From contig OZ024740.1 in the NCBI GenBank assembly GCA_964016885.1, forward strand, positions 174,592,001 through 174,656,000: a DNA stretch of 64,000 nt. The letters run 5' to 3'. The stretch comes from Eledone cirrhosa (lineage: Eukaryota). Positions 52,190 to 64,000 of the stretch are shown here, piece by piece. The position numbers and the translations under genes were made by a program. Each line of letters begins with the position of its first letter. Position 1 is the first letter of the stretch. The notes under the pieces are model-generated. The model saw only the letters and a program-made list of their open reading frames with translations, was not told where the DNA came from and did no database searches.

Positions 52190-53610
52190 CATACAAAAAT
52201 TAGCTACATACAAAGATTCTGCCTAAGAAAACTCATACAACACCTACACCGCACGCTACAACAACACATACGGACTATTTCCAGCCTTGTACCACAACTC
52301 GCTGAAACCCCAGAACCTCTGCCCAGAGTTATCAACGCCGCTATAGACAGGTCATACCACCATCGCAGAGACTACGAGAAAATACGCCTAACGCAAAAAT
52401 TTCTCAAATTCAGCACGGCTAACCGTCTTAACAACATCCCAACTCTAAGCACCAACAGAGGCGAACAAAGACGGTACCAACACCGAACCTAGCGGTGCCC
52501 CGACCAACAACACACCTGACGCAAAACACCACGTCACAGACTTGACAGGATTCCTCTCCCGAGAGGAATTAGACCTCCTCAGCCTGGGTTCCAAGTTCAT
52601 ATTGAAACAGACTGGACGACAAATTATGGCTCGACATAGAAACGAATTTCTGTCGGGCTGCCTACAACTAAAACGGATATCGACTCTCGGCAACAACACC
52701 ACGGAATCTAACAAACCCAGATTCCCGATATACCAACTGGATCGCCCACTCTGTCCACCGCCTACCAACCGCGAGCTTGAAGAAAAACTCTCGAGGCTAA
52801 AACATTCCGTATTTAACATCTTACGGAAACAGAAGAAGATAGCCCCAAACCACTCCAGGACACAACAACTTGCCCTGAAGAACCTACGGAATAGGGAGCT
52901 TATATACTTACCATCCGACAAAGGTAAAGAGTTTTGTGTCATCTCTCAAGCCACATACAACAACCTAGCCTTTGAACACCTAAGCGACAATGAACTATAT
53001 ACAGAGATCCCGGATATGACTGCAGCCCAGATCGAAAAACAGACCAACTCCATCTGGTTCGACATCTGTAGGAGAAGACAACTCTCAAATAAAGTTAAGG
53101 TCAACTACACCACTAGAAATAGCAGACTGCCCACTTTCTACCACCTCATCAAGACCCACAAGAATAGTACTAAGACACAAATAAGACCCATCGTCTCTAG
53201 CATAGAAGGACCCCTATACAAAATCTCCTGGCTGCTCTCCCAGGTCCTCAAGCCTCTACTCTCCACCTTTCCCGGGCATGTCAGTACCTCCGACGAAGTC
53301 ATACGTAGACTACACCAACTAAAGCCAGAACAACTTAAACTAAATAGATACGCCTTTAGTCTCGACGTTGTCTCCCTCTACACTACAGTCCCCGCTTATC
53401 CAGCTGTCGATTTATTGACGGACTGCGTGGTCGCAGAGGACATCCACTGCTACGGCGTCCATCCGACGGACATACACCAGCTTTTGTCCTTCACAGTGGA
53501 CAACACGTACTTCACCTTCCACCACCACACATACAGACAGACAACAGGATTTCCCATGGGATCCAGCCTATCGGGCCTGCTGGCCATCACCTACATGAAC
53601 CAGCTAGAAT
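52190..53610 (+). pseudogene. Penelope-like element reverse transcriptase, truncated before the catalytic DD motif
   Basis: LLSLGSKF, PSDKG, PTFYHLIKTHK, IRPIVSS, SLDVVSLYTTVP and YRQTTGFPMGSSLSGLLA..YM are diagnostic PLE RT motifs. The sequence ends in (TA)n. Confidence 0.9.
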
Positions 53611-53679
53611 TTATATATATTTATATATATATAAATGAAAGGTATAGAAAGTATTGTAGCAAGAAGCCAACAGTATTCC

Positions 53680-53765
<86 letters not shown>

Positions 53766-53950
53766 CAAACAACACGGACACTCTATCTCAAAATTATTTT
53801 TGAAAAGCATTTAGAAATGCGCAACCGTAAAAACTTAAAAACTTAAAACCACAACTTAATACTAACCCATACAATTACTAATACTCTTTTATTCCTAATT
53901 AAACTATTTTTCAACTGTGAACAATTTGTCAGCATTTTCTATTCCGTTTA

Positions 53951-55027
<1,077 letters not shown>

Positions 55028-55074
55028 AAAAATTGAACAGGGACAGAACAGAGAGGCAGTATATATATATATAC

Positions 55075-55261
55075 GTTATTCCGGGTTGAATCGGAGGTAA
55101 CCACAGTAAGTAAGGTACTCAATACATTGCAGAGTATAAAAGTTTTAATATAGATGAGATTCTACAGGACTAGAATTGTTTCATTCTTTAGAAATCATCA
55201 GGAATCCCTGATTCCTAATGATTTCTAAAGAATGAAACAGTTCTAGTCCTGTAGAATCTCA

Positions 55262-55268
<7 letters not shown>
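55075..55268. mobile_element. Fold-back PLE-like terminus with hammerhead motifs (55156-55208 minus intact; 55210-55260 plus core mutated)
   Basis: Minus: gggattc-CTGATGA-t-ttc-taaa-gaa-t-GAAA-caattctagtcctg-TA-gaatctc. Palindrome 55148-55268. Confidence 0.7.
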
Positions 55269-55310
<42 letters not shown>

Positions 55311-55311
55311 A

Positions 55312-56609
55312 TACGAGGTGTGTCAGAAAAGTTCCAGGACTGATGTCACAAAAGATTTATTTCAAACATCACACTGAGAGTTTCTCCTTCAAAGTAATCC
55401 CCCTGGAGTCTAATGCACTTTTCCATCCTTTTCTGCCACGCTTGCATGCACTCCTGGGAGGATTCTTCCAGGATCCACCGCAGTTCCGTCGTCACGGCCT
55501 TTTTGATGTCGTCCACGTCTTCAAAACGGGTCCTCTTGATGACCCCCTTGAGCTTGGGGAATAGGAAAAAATCACACGGAGCCAGGTCGGAGGAGTAGGG
55601 AGGTTGCTCCAGCACGGCGAAGTGCTTCTCGCCCAGGAACAGTCGGATGCTCAGGGCATTGTGAGCAGGCGCGTTGTCATTGTGAAGCAGCCACAAGTTC
55701 TCCTGTCACAACTCTCGCCTCTTTTCACGCACTGAACGAAGCAAACGCTGCAGTATCTCTTTGGTTGATCGTCTGGCCCTGTGACAAGAACTCGCAGTGG
55801 ACGATCCCCCTTACATCGAAGAATGTGATCAACATGACCTTGACTTTGGACTTCGACTGTCGTGCTTTCTTCGGCCTTGGCGACGATGGACTCTTCCACT
55901 GAAGGCTCTGGCGTTTGGTTTCCGAGTCGTACTCGAAGATCCATGACTCATCACCGGTGATGACTGTCCCTAACAAGTCTGGTTCGCGTTTCAAGACGCT
56001 TGAGGATGTCCTGGCACACTTGATGCGTCGACCCTTCTGGTCATCGTTCAGCAGTTTTGGCACCATCTTCGCGCAGACTTTCCGCATGTCCAAATCTTCA
56101 GTGAGAATCTTTCAGACGCTGTCCCGATTCATGCCCAGCTCATTTGCCATCAGTCGAACAGTCAGCCGACGATCGCTGCGCACCATCTGCCTGACGCGCT
56201 CAACGTTGACCTCAGTCCTGGTTGTTGAGGGCCTTTTGCTCCTGGGGTCATCTTCCATATCCTCGCGTCCTTCTTTAAACCTCTTGCACCACACAAAAAC
56301 ACGTGAGCGTGACGTCGTCTCATCTCCATACACTTGCTGCAGCAATCCCAGTGCTTCTGGCGGAGTTTTCCCCAACCGTACCAGAAAGTTCAAGTTTGTT
56401 TGTTGCTTTGTGCTCATTGCTTGACGACCTGAAACAGAGGACATGTATATAAATTATGAAGAAAAAAGGTTGATCGCTGCAGAGAGTTAAGATTACAGTT
56501 ACATACTCCAGGGGGATTACTTTGAAGGAGAAAACTCTTAGTGTGAAGTTTGGGTTTGAAATAAATCTTATGTGACATCAGTCCTGGAACTTTTCTGACA
56601 CACCTCGTA
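55312..56609 (-). mobile_element. Full-length mariner (DD34D) DNA transposon, 1298 bp, transposase frameshifted
   Basis: TIRs tacgaggtgtgtcagaaaagttccaggactgatgtcaca at both ends in TA context. Motifs KMVPKLL, ITGDESWIFEY, HNDNAPAH, YSSDLAPCDFFLF and GDYFE are split over three ORFs. Confidence 0.95.
55346..56444 (-). pseudogene. Mariner transposase pseudogene
   Basis: ORF pieces 56112-56444, 55725-56093 and 55346-55696, in different frames. Confidence 0.9.
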
Positions 56610-56625
56610 TATACATACATACATA

Positions 56626-56661
<36 letters not shown>

Positions 56662-57004
56662 GTATAAAATAGCGGAGCTTCCCACTACAAACTCACTGCA
56701 AAGTTACTACAAATGTCCAGCTTCAGAATCTCTGACGATCTTTCCGCTACAATTGCTATGTTGGGATAGAAGTAGCGAATTACAATACTTTTCAGGACTG
56801 CATACTTCTATTTTAATTTTTAATTTTAGGTATTTTAATATATCAATTGAATATTGAATATCATATTTACAGCATCAATTAAGTTAATTAAACTCAACCA
56901 ACAGACTCGCTTTATATATATATGCTTAATTTACTGGCAAATGTTTTATTTTCGGCTACTTTCTAACACAATCTGTTATTGGCTTCACAACCTTCCTGTT
57001 CCAA

Positions 57005-57300
57005 GTATGCAATCTGTAACGATACTTTCTCTAGAAACAATTGGTAAAATGAGGGTCAGACAGGCTCTGTTGCCCAGCAGACTGAATATTGCAGGATAAC
57101 AAAATACCCACCGCTCTCCGACAGGTTTATCGTTGAACCCATTGGGGTAAAAATATGTGACGACATGGGTCACTGAGCCACCTTACGGACCTCAATGGGG
57201 CCTGAGATGACCAACCTCAAGAACCAGCCCATCGAGGTGGATTAGCTCTTTCAGCGTATCTCCTTCTACATTCTGTCCGTTCAGCGCATCTCTATTTGTT
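57005..57300 (+). mobile_element. Degenerate CRE-like RLE retrotransposon C-terminus
   Basis: AICNDTF...KYPPLSDRFIVEPIGV...LFQRIS pattern with stops. A related tail, SLTILRGNAFSIL, lies at ~57897-57975. Confidence 0.45.
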
Positions 57301-57457
57301 ATCCGTCAGCCAGGAATGAAGCAATTAATACCGAATTTAAATTAGATAAATAGATAGAAGTGCATAGACATTGTGAGCGAGGGGGATAGAGGTAATTTGG
57401 ATAATGTACACATAGGGACCAATAAACAAATTAGTGTAAATGAATAGATACGTAAAT

Positions 57458-57685
57458 AATAGTTTCTGATTTAGGCACAAAGCCAACAATTTGGGGGAGG
57501 GAAAAGTCATTTAAATCGACCCCCCCCCCCCCCAGTGCATTACTGATACTTTATTTTATCGACCCCGTAATGATGAAAGGCAAAGGTAACCTCGGTGGGA
57601 TTTGAACTCAGAATGTAAAGGGCCGTAAATCTATGCTGCGAAACAGGGTGTCCGACGCTCTACCTATACTGCCAATCCACCGCCC
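57458..57685 (-). mobile_element. tRNA-derived SINE copy
   Basis: Family consensus on the minus strand. Confidence 0.8.
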
Positions 57686-58126
57686 TTAGATACGAAATAA
57701 TGAGATGGATATCCGCTACATTTTGAAAAATTTATACGATTTTTTTATGAAATTGATCCGACTAGTCTGCTCTGTTGGAGACGTCACGTATAGAACGTGG
57801 AAAACCTGAACCCTCAAAACGAGTCCTCGTCTTAGAACCAGGAAATAGTGATTCTTCGATCGCCCGCTCAACCGTTGTTATTTACTTTTCACTAGGCGTC
57901 TCCCTCACCATCCTTCGGGGAAACGCCTTCTCTATTCTGTACGCCGGGGGCGTGGGGCGACCAGCGCCTGGGCCCCCATTTTCTTATAATAGTGAAAGAT
58001 GTGGAGAGCGAGAGAGACGGAAGCGGAGACAATTAGAATTTAATTCCATCATGTTCAGACCTAATATATTTATTTACCACACCACAGATAGGCGTACACA
58101 CACACACACACACACACGCACGCACG

Positions 58127-58224
<98 letters not shown>

Positions 58225-61182
58225 CGTATATTTAATATGTATGAGTTATATTTACCATCAGGTTATTATTAAGTGGTTGAACTACTTTCCATATGTTCAT
58301 TGGTTCAAATTTTGTTATTACTATTGTATTGAACTCCAGAGAAGATTGTTTTATAGTGTTGATAGTGTCTAAGTGGTGCCTTGATCATCTTTGAAAACGA
58401 AGGATGAAAAATGAATGAATGAACGAATAAATCTCAACTATGTTGAAAGGCCTGTACAGTTAATAGGCACTGCCTCTTTCGCCTGTCTAAATTACAAAAC
58501 AATAAGCTATGCACACGTCAAGGGCCCCCAAAGAGATTGGTATTAACCACTAGTGGTGTTTGGTTGTGTATTCCCATGCTCATTTAGAGACGAATGTATA
58601 TTCATACATGCATCCCCATAGAGAAGAGGGATTGGGTGCTTGATACGTCTTGGTGCTGTTGAAATAAAGTTTACCCCTTTCAATAATGATATACAGGTTT
58701 TTGTTCATGGAAGTAGTGTAAGTGTGACGGGAATTATGTATGTCAGAGACTTTCACTTTGTGTGTCACGACACTTTTTATATCATCACCGTGTGCATTGG
58801 TGAAGTTCTGCCCGACCCATAATCTATTATCTCTCATGTACATCTAGGCCCGGTTATGACTTATACGCACTTTGCATTCTATACATTACTGATATCCTCG
58901 CTGTTAATTCTAACACTGGCACCTACACAGATTATACGACCGTTCACTTATTAATCTTTAGCACTAATACATCAGCCACATACAATACAGATCGACACTT
59001 TTCAAATATTTAAGCGAGGTAACACTTTATTTTTCACTAAATAGCTAAAACTGAGGCGACTATTAATATACTTTTAAAAATTATTAAACATCGTAGAGTT
59101 ACAGTGACAGCGCCAATGTATTGTACTAGACAGGGCAAGGTTCAGCCAGAAAACTGTGAGCACGGTCACAGCTTTTGTATAAGTAATAATTTGGATGTTT
59201 ATATAGTAAATCAACTTCAAAATCATTTGTCGCATTAAATACAAAAAAATAAGCCATAACAAATAACAAAATCTATGAAGAGTTCTATGTATGTTTAGAC
59301 TCGTGGTTCCTGTTGGAGTCATAGGGGCACCGTTATAACATATATAATGTGACTTGGGCATCTTAAAACTGGCGGACTCCATCCCCCTCCATGTCTGGAC
59401 ACAACCAATTTCTTCCAGAGGAGATGGTGGGGGTAGAGGAGAGAGCGAGGCAGTGAGGAAGAGATATAGAAGAAAAATCATCCCCGGTACTGGACTGATA
59501 CGTTTTTATTGACATTGAAAAGATTAAAGACAAAATTGATGTCGGCGTGATTTGAACCTAGATAGCCGGACCTCTTAATACATAGAGCGGCAAATTAACA
59601 GCATCGTTAGAACGTCGGATAGAATGTTTAGCGGAATTCGATGAGACAAGTAAAGCACATAGGACACGATATATGATCAGTCTGGTACAATCCATCCAAC
59701 GGGCTTCCGCACAGTTTCAATCTATCCAATTTGTGTCGACCTGAAGCATGCTCTCGTTGCCAGGCTATGGGATCCAGCCCGACCTTCTCAACTACTCAAC
59801 CGTGCTTACGTCCACAATATTCCTCTATAGTTCCCATGCGACTTCTACCCTATTATTTTCTGTACTTAGTCCCTCTTTAGTTTATTTTCCCGATGTCCCT
59901 TTCATATTTTTCTTACCTCCACCTAGATAGTTTGTTTTTTTAACTAAGTCTGTAATGTAACCCTTGTAAATATTTTCTTCTGGTAATAATTTAAGTTTCT
60001 AGAAATATCATCTTTTTATCTAAGTGTCTATAGTGTAACCCACAAACTTATGATCTAGGTATATCACAAGCTTCCAAGTGGCTACTATTTCAATATTTAT
60101 ATCGGTGATTGTGTAAAGTTAGCAACGTACTAAGCTTCATAATCTTTTAACTAAATAAATCTGGTAAAACAGCTTCGAAATGCTAAATCAACAGTGGTTA
60201 ATTCGAATGGCTTGAAAAATTCATATATGCCAGTTGGAAAATAATTTCTTACATAAATTTGAGGTGAGGGTTTAGTCGATTAAATCGACCTAAGTACTGA
60301 ACTGATATTTTATATTATCGACTTCTGGAAGGTTTAAAATAAATTTGATCTCGGCTGGGTTTGAACGCAGAACTATCGACGTTGGAACAAATGCTGTAAT
60401 GCTCTAATAATTCTACCAATCCATAGGAAATCTCATCCTAACTTACAATATCAAAACATATATTGACTGACTAACAAAAGTACAAGCTAACATGGGAGCT
60501 TGTATGCGATCACTCGAACTGCTAGAAATAGCAGTTAAACGTTCCCTAATCATAATTTATCATCTTTAAAAAGGGTACATTAGATAATGCAGTCTTAGAT
60601 ACTACGTGCCGGAATAAAGGCGAGATGATCCCGCTTAGAGCGTCTTTGGTCATACATCTTTGTACTAAACAACAAAAACAACACTCAGTTTACACTCAGT
60701 TTTGTTTTTGTTTGCATTTTCCATCTCTTCTATTTCCTTTGCCATTTACAGACCATTATCAATAGTTGTGAGAATTCTTCGATCACAAGCGAATGTGTTA
60801 GTACCCCCCTCTCCCCTTCACACACACACACAAACAAGCACACAGACTCACACATACACACTCACAAGCACACTCATTCATATGCACAATTACACACACA
60901 CACACATGCAGACATATTCACAAGCACGCATACGTAGCCATGTCGGAAACCTACAAGTATACGTAGAGTGATAGAGTGGACAGAGGTAAGTATGCAATGC
61001 GCTCATATACTAACAACATATTTGTGTTTGTGAGTCTTTGTGTGTATATGTGTGTATAACATTGTACGTATGTAAGAATCTATTCATTATAGAAGAAAGA
61101 TTACAAAAGCAAAATCGTATTTAAATGGACTGCATGCGCCACAATGTCTAAATAGATTTTAATTTCTATTGAAGGGTTTACA

Positions 61183-61231
61183 TCTCTCTCTTTCTTTATT
61201 CTCTCTTTCTCTCTCTCTCTCCCTGTGGTTG

Positions 61232-61295
<64 letters not shown>

Positions 61296-61520
61296 CCTAT
61301 CTTACTCTGTCTCTCTCTGTCTCTCTCTATGTCTCTCTATCTCTCTCTATCTCTCTCTCTATATATCTCTATCTCACTCTCTCTCTTTCTCTCACTCACT
61401 CTCTCATCATTATCTCCTCTCTCTCTCTCGCTCTCCTGTCGCTCTCTCACTCTCCTTTCACTCTTTCACCCACCCACCCAGCCCCACTCGCTCTCTTACT
61501 CCCCCTCTCTCTCACACTCT
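61183..61520. repeat. (CT)n-rich microsatellite
   Basis: Direct reading. Confidence 0.95.
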
Positions 61521-62112
61521 GATTGTGTCATGTAACTATCAATGTAGGGACATGCATGTGTATGTGTTTATGCATCAGCCACATACATATATATTTATAT
61601 TAACACACACACACATGCACACATACATATACACGTACACATACATAAACACATACATTTACACATGCATACATACACGAACAAACCAAACTGATTTGCA
61701 TCCCCCAAAACTCTATTGGTAGAGAAAGAATTTCCATGACATTCCAAAGATTCTCTATTAGAGTTCCCTGGAATGAACATATGCAGACAACGTACATCTC
61801 ATAGATATTTAGCGTGGCACAGTGTATGGCACGGCTGGTCCTTTAAATTACGAGTACAACTCATTCTTTGGTTGCTGTGTGGACTAGAGGAACGTAACAT
61901 AAAATGCCTTGCTTAAGACTAGAACCTTCTAACGACTAAGCAGAACGCCTTCATGCGTTCACAGATACATTGATGCATACATGCATAAATACATAAATAT
62001 ATATTATATACATACTTGCATACATGCATACATACGCACATACATATATACATACATTACATGCATTACATACATACATACATCCATCCATACATACATA
62101 ATACATATATAC

Positions 62113-62593
62113 ATCAAAGATTAGTGAAAAGGAGAATATTTATGCAAAACTGATGAGAAATCTGCAGATACTCCACCCTGATTACACCTTCATATTTATG
62201 CCTGTGATTATTGGGGCACTGGGGTATGTTAGTAACTGCCTCAATACAAATCTTGAGAAGCTAGGCTTCACAGGAACAGAAAGAACACAACTAGTTAGGA
62301 AACTACAAGTACAATCCATTAATGGAACAGTAAAAATATGTAAAACATTCCCAAAATTTTGCATCTAATAACTGCATATACACATGTACAGATACAAAGC
62401 ATATACACATGCACACATACAACTCAAAACATACACATCCACACATACAATAACATCCATATCTACACATGCATGCATACATAATCTACCTAGTTGATGC
62501 TGTGTAAATTCCAATGAGACAGTCTTGTGTCTATGTTAGAAACCGACTCTCTTTCTATTGGTAAACATTTGTGAAATTATAAAACCAGAAGAA
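62113..62593 (+). mobile_element. R4/Dong-like 3' fragment
   Basis: Near-identical to 18992-19477 and followed by (CATA)4. Confidence 0.9.
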
Positions 62594-62607
62594 CATACAT
62601 ACATACA

Positions 62608-63300
62608 TAGCCCCGACAATAAACACATTAAAAGTTACAGCAATGGGGAAGACATACATATACATAATATGAAAGAGTACTGGTGGAATGTTCCAGTCAA
62701 AACCCCAATAAAATGCAAACATAACAGACCAGATATAATGATGGGAGACAGGGAAAGGAAGACATGCACAGTAGTGGAAATTAGCTGCCCAGCAGATGCC
62801 AATATAATATTAAAGATTAACGAAAATGAGAATATCTATGCAGAACTAATGAGAAATCTGCAGATACTCCACCCTGATTATACCTTCAGATTTATGCCTG
62901 TGATTATTGGGGCACTGGGGTATGTTAGTAACTGCTTCAATACAACTCTTCAGAAGCTGGGGTTCACAGGAATAGAAAGAACACAACTAGTTAGGAAATT
63001 ACAAGTACAATCCATTAGTGGAACAGTAAAAATATGTAAAACATTCCAACAATTCTGCATCTAATAACTACATATATACATGTACAGATATAATGCATAT
63101 ACACATGCACACATATAACTCAAAACATCCACATCCACACATACAATAACATCCATATCTGCACACACATGCATGCAGGCATGCATAAATATCTCCCTAG
63201 TTGATGTTGTGCAAATTCCAATGAGAGAGTCTTGTAACTATGTTAGAAACCGACTCTCTCTTTATTGGTCAAAATTTATAAAATTATTAAACCAAAAGAA
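62608..63300 (+). mobile_element. R4/Dong-like 3' fragment (RLE domain plus 3' UTR)
   Basis: EYWWNVPVKTPIKCKHNRPD...VVEISCP, followed by cata repeats. Confidence 0.9.
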
Positions 63301-63474
63301 CATACATACATACATATTCCTATTTACGTACGTACAACATACATACATACATACATACATACATACATACATACATACATACATACATACATACATACAT
63401 ACATACATACATACATACATACATACATACGTACGTACATAGATACGTACGTACGTAAGTACGTACACACTTTT

Positions 63475-63715
63475 AAAGAATGCACCTCCGCCAAACTAAT
63501 GAGAAATCTACAGAGGCCCCACCTACCCTATAACATTAAATGAATACCTGTGCTTATTGAAACACTTGGGTATGTGACTAACTGTTTCGCTACTAATGTT
63601 GATGAGTTAGGCTTCACAAGACCAGAAAAGACACTGCTAATTGAGAAATTATGGCTGCAAGCTATGATTAGAACTATGAAAATATATTAAAACATTGCAG
63701 AAATTTAGCCCTGTA
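63475..63715 (+). mobile_element. Old diverged R4-like 3' fragment
   Basis: aaactaatgagaaatctacag...ttaggcttcaca...aaaacattgcagaaattt, homologous to the R4 ORF end. Confidence 0.6.
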
Positions 63716-64000
63716 GTACATATATATAAACAGGTACATACATATGTGTATGTACACATATAAATAAAAACATAAAGATTCACGCATGGAATGATAAACA
63801 TACAGACATACACAAACATACGTATGGACGTACATACATACATACACATACACGTACATACATCATACACGTACATACATACATACACGTACATACACAT
63901 ACATACATACATACACGCACATACACATACACGTACATACATACATACACGTACATACACATACACGTACATACATACATACACGTACAAACACATACAC

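Overview
AT-rich, microsatellite-dense eukaryotic (animal) DNA with no recognisable host protein-coding gene. The dominant tRNA-type SINE family and repeat landscape resemble octopus/coleoid cephalopod genomes (recalled pattern, not verified). Most ORF-track entries are translations of microsatellites. The real coding remnants all come from transposable elements: Tx1-like LINE 3' ends, R4/Dong-like RLE retrotransposons, RTE/RTEX fragments, Penelope-like element (PLE) RT and GIY-YIG fragments, CRE-like tails and a frameshifted DD34D mariner. The most notable structure is at 8004-10883, a nearly perfect 595-bp x ~4.1 tandem array plus a 439-bp inverted copy, embedded in (TA)n. Each unit carries a type I hammerhead-ribozyme (HHR) motif with a compensatory U3-A8 core, a long stem II and a palindromic stem III, i.e. 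a candidate retrozyme/non-autonomous PLE that could release a 595-nt circular RNA. Several other (TA)n-associated fold-back elements carry HHR motifs, including a recurring U10.1-U11.1 variant. Different retroelement families sit in different microsatellites: Tx1 in (TATC)n, R4 in (CATA)n, and PLE/RTE derivatives in (TA)n or (TATG)n. All folds and family calls were made by eye and need computational confirmation.
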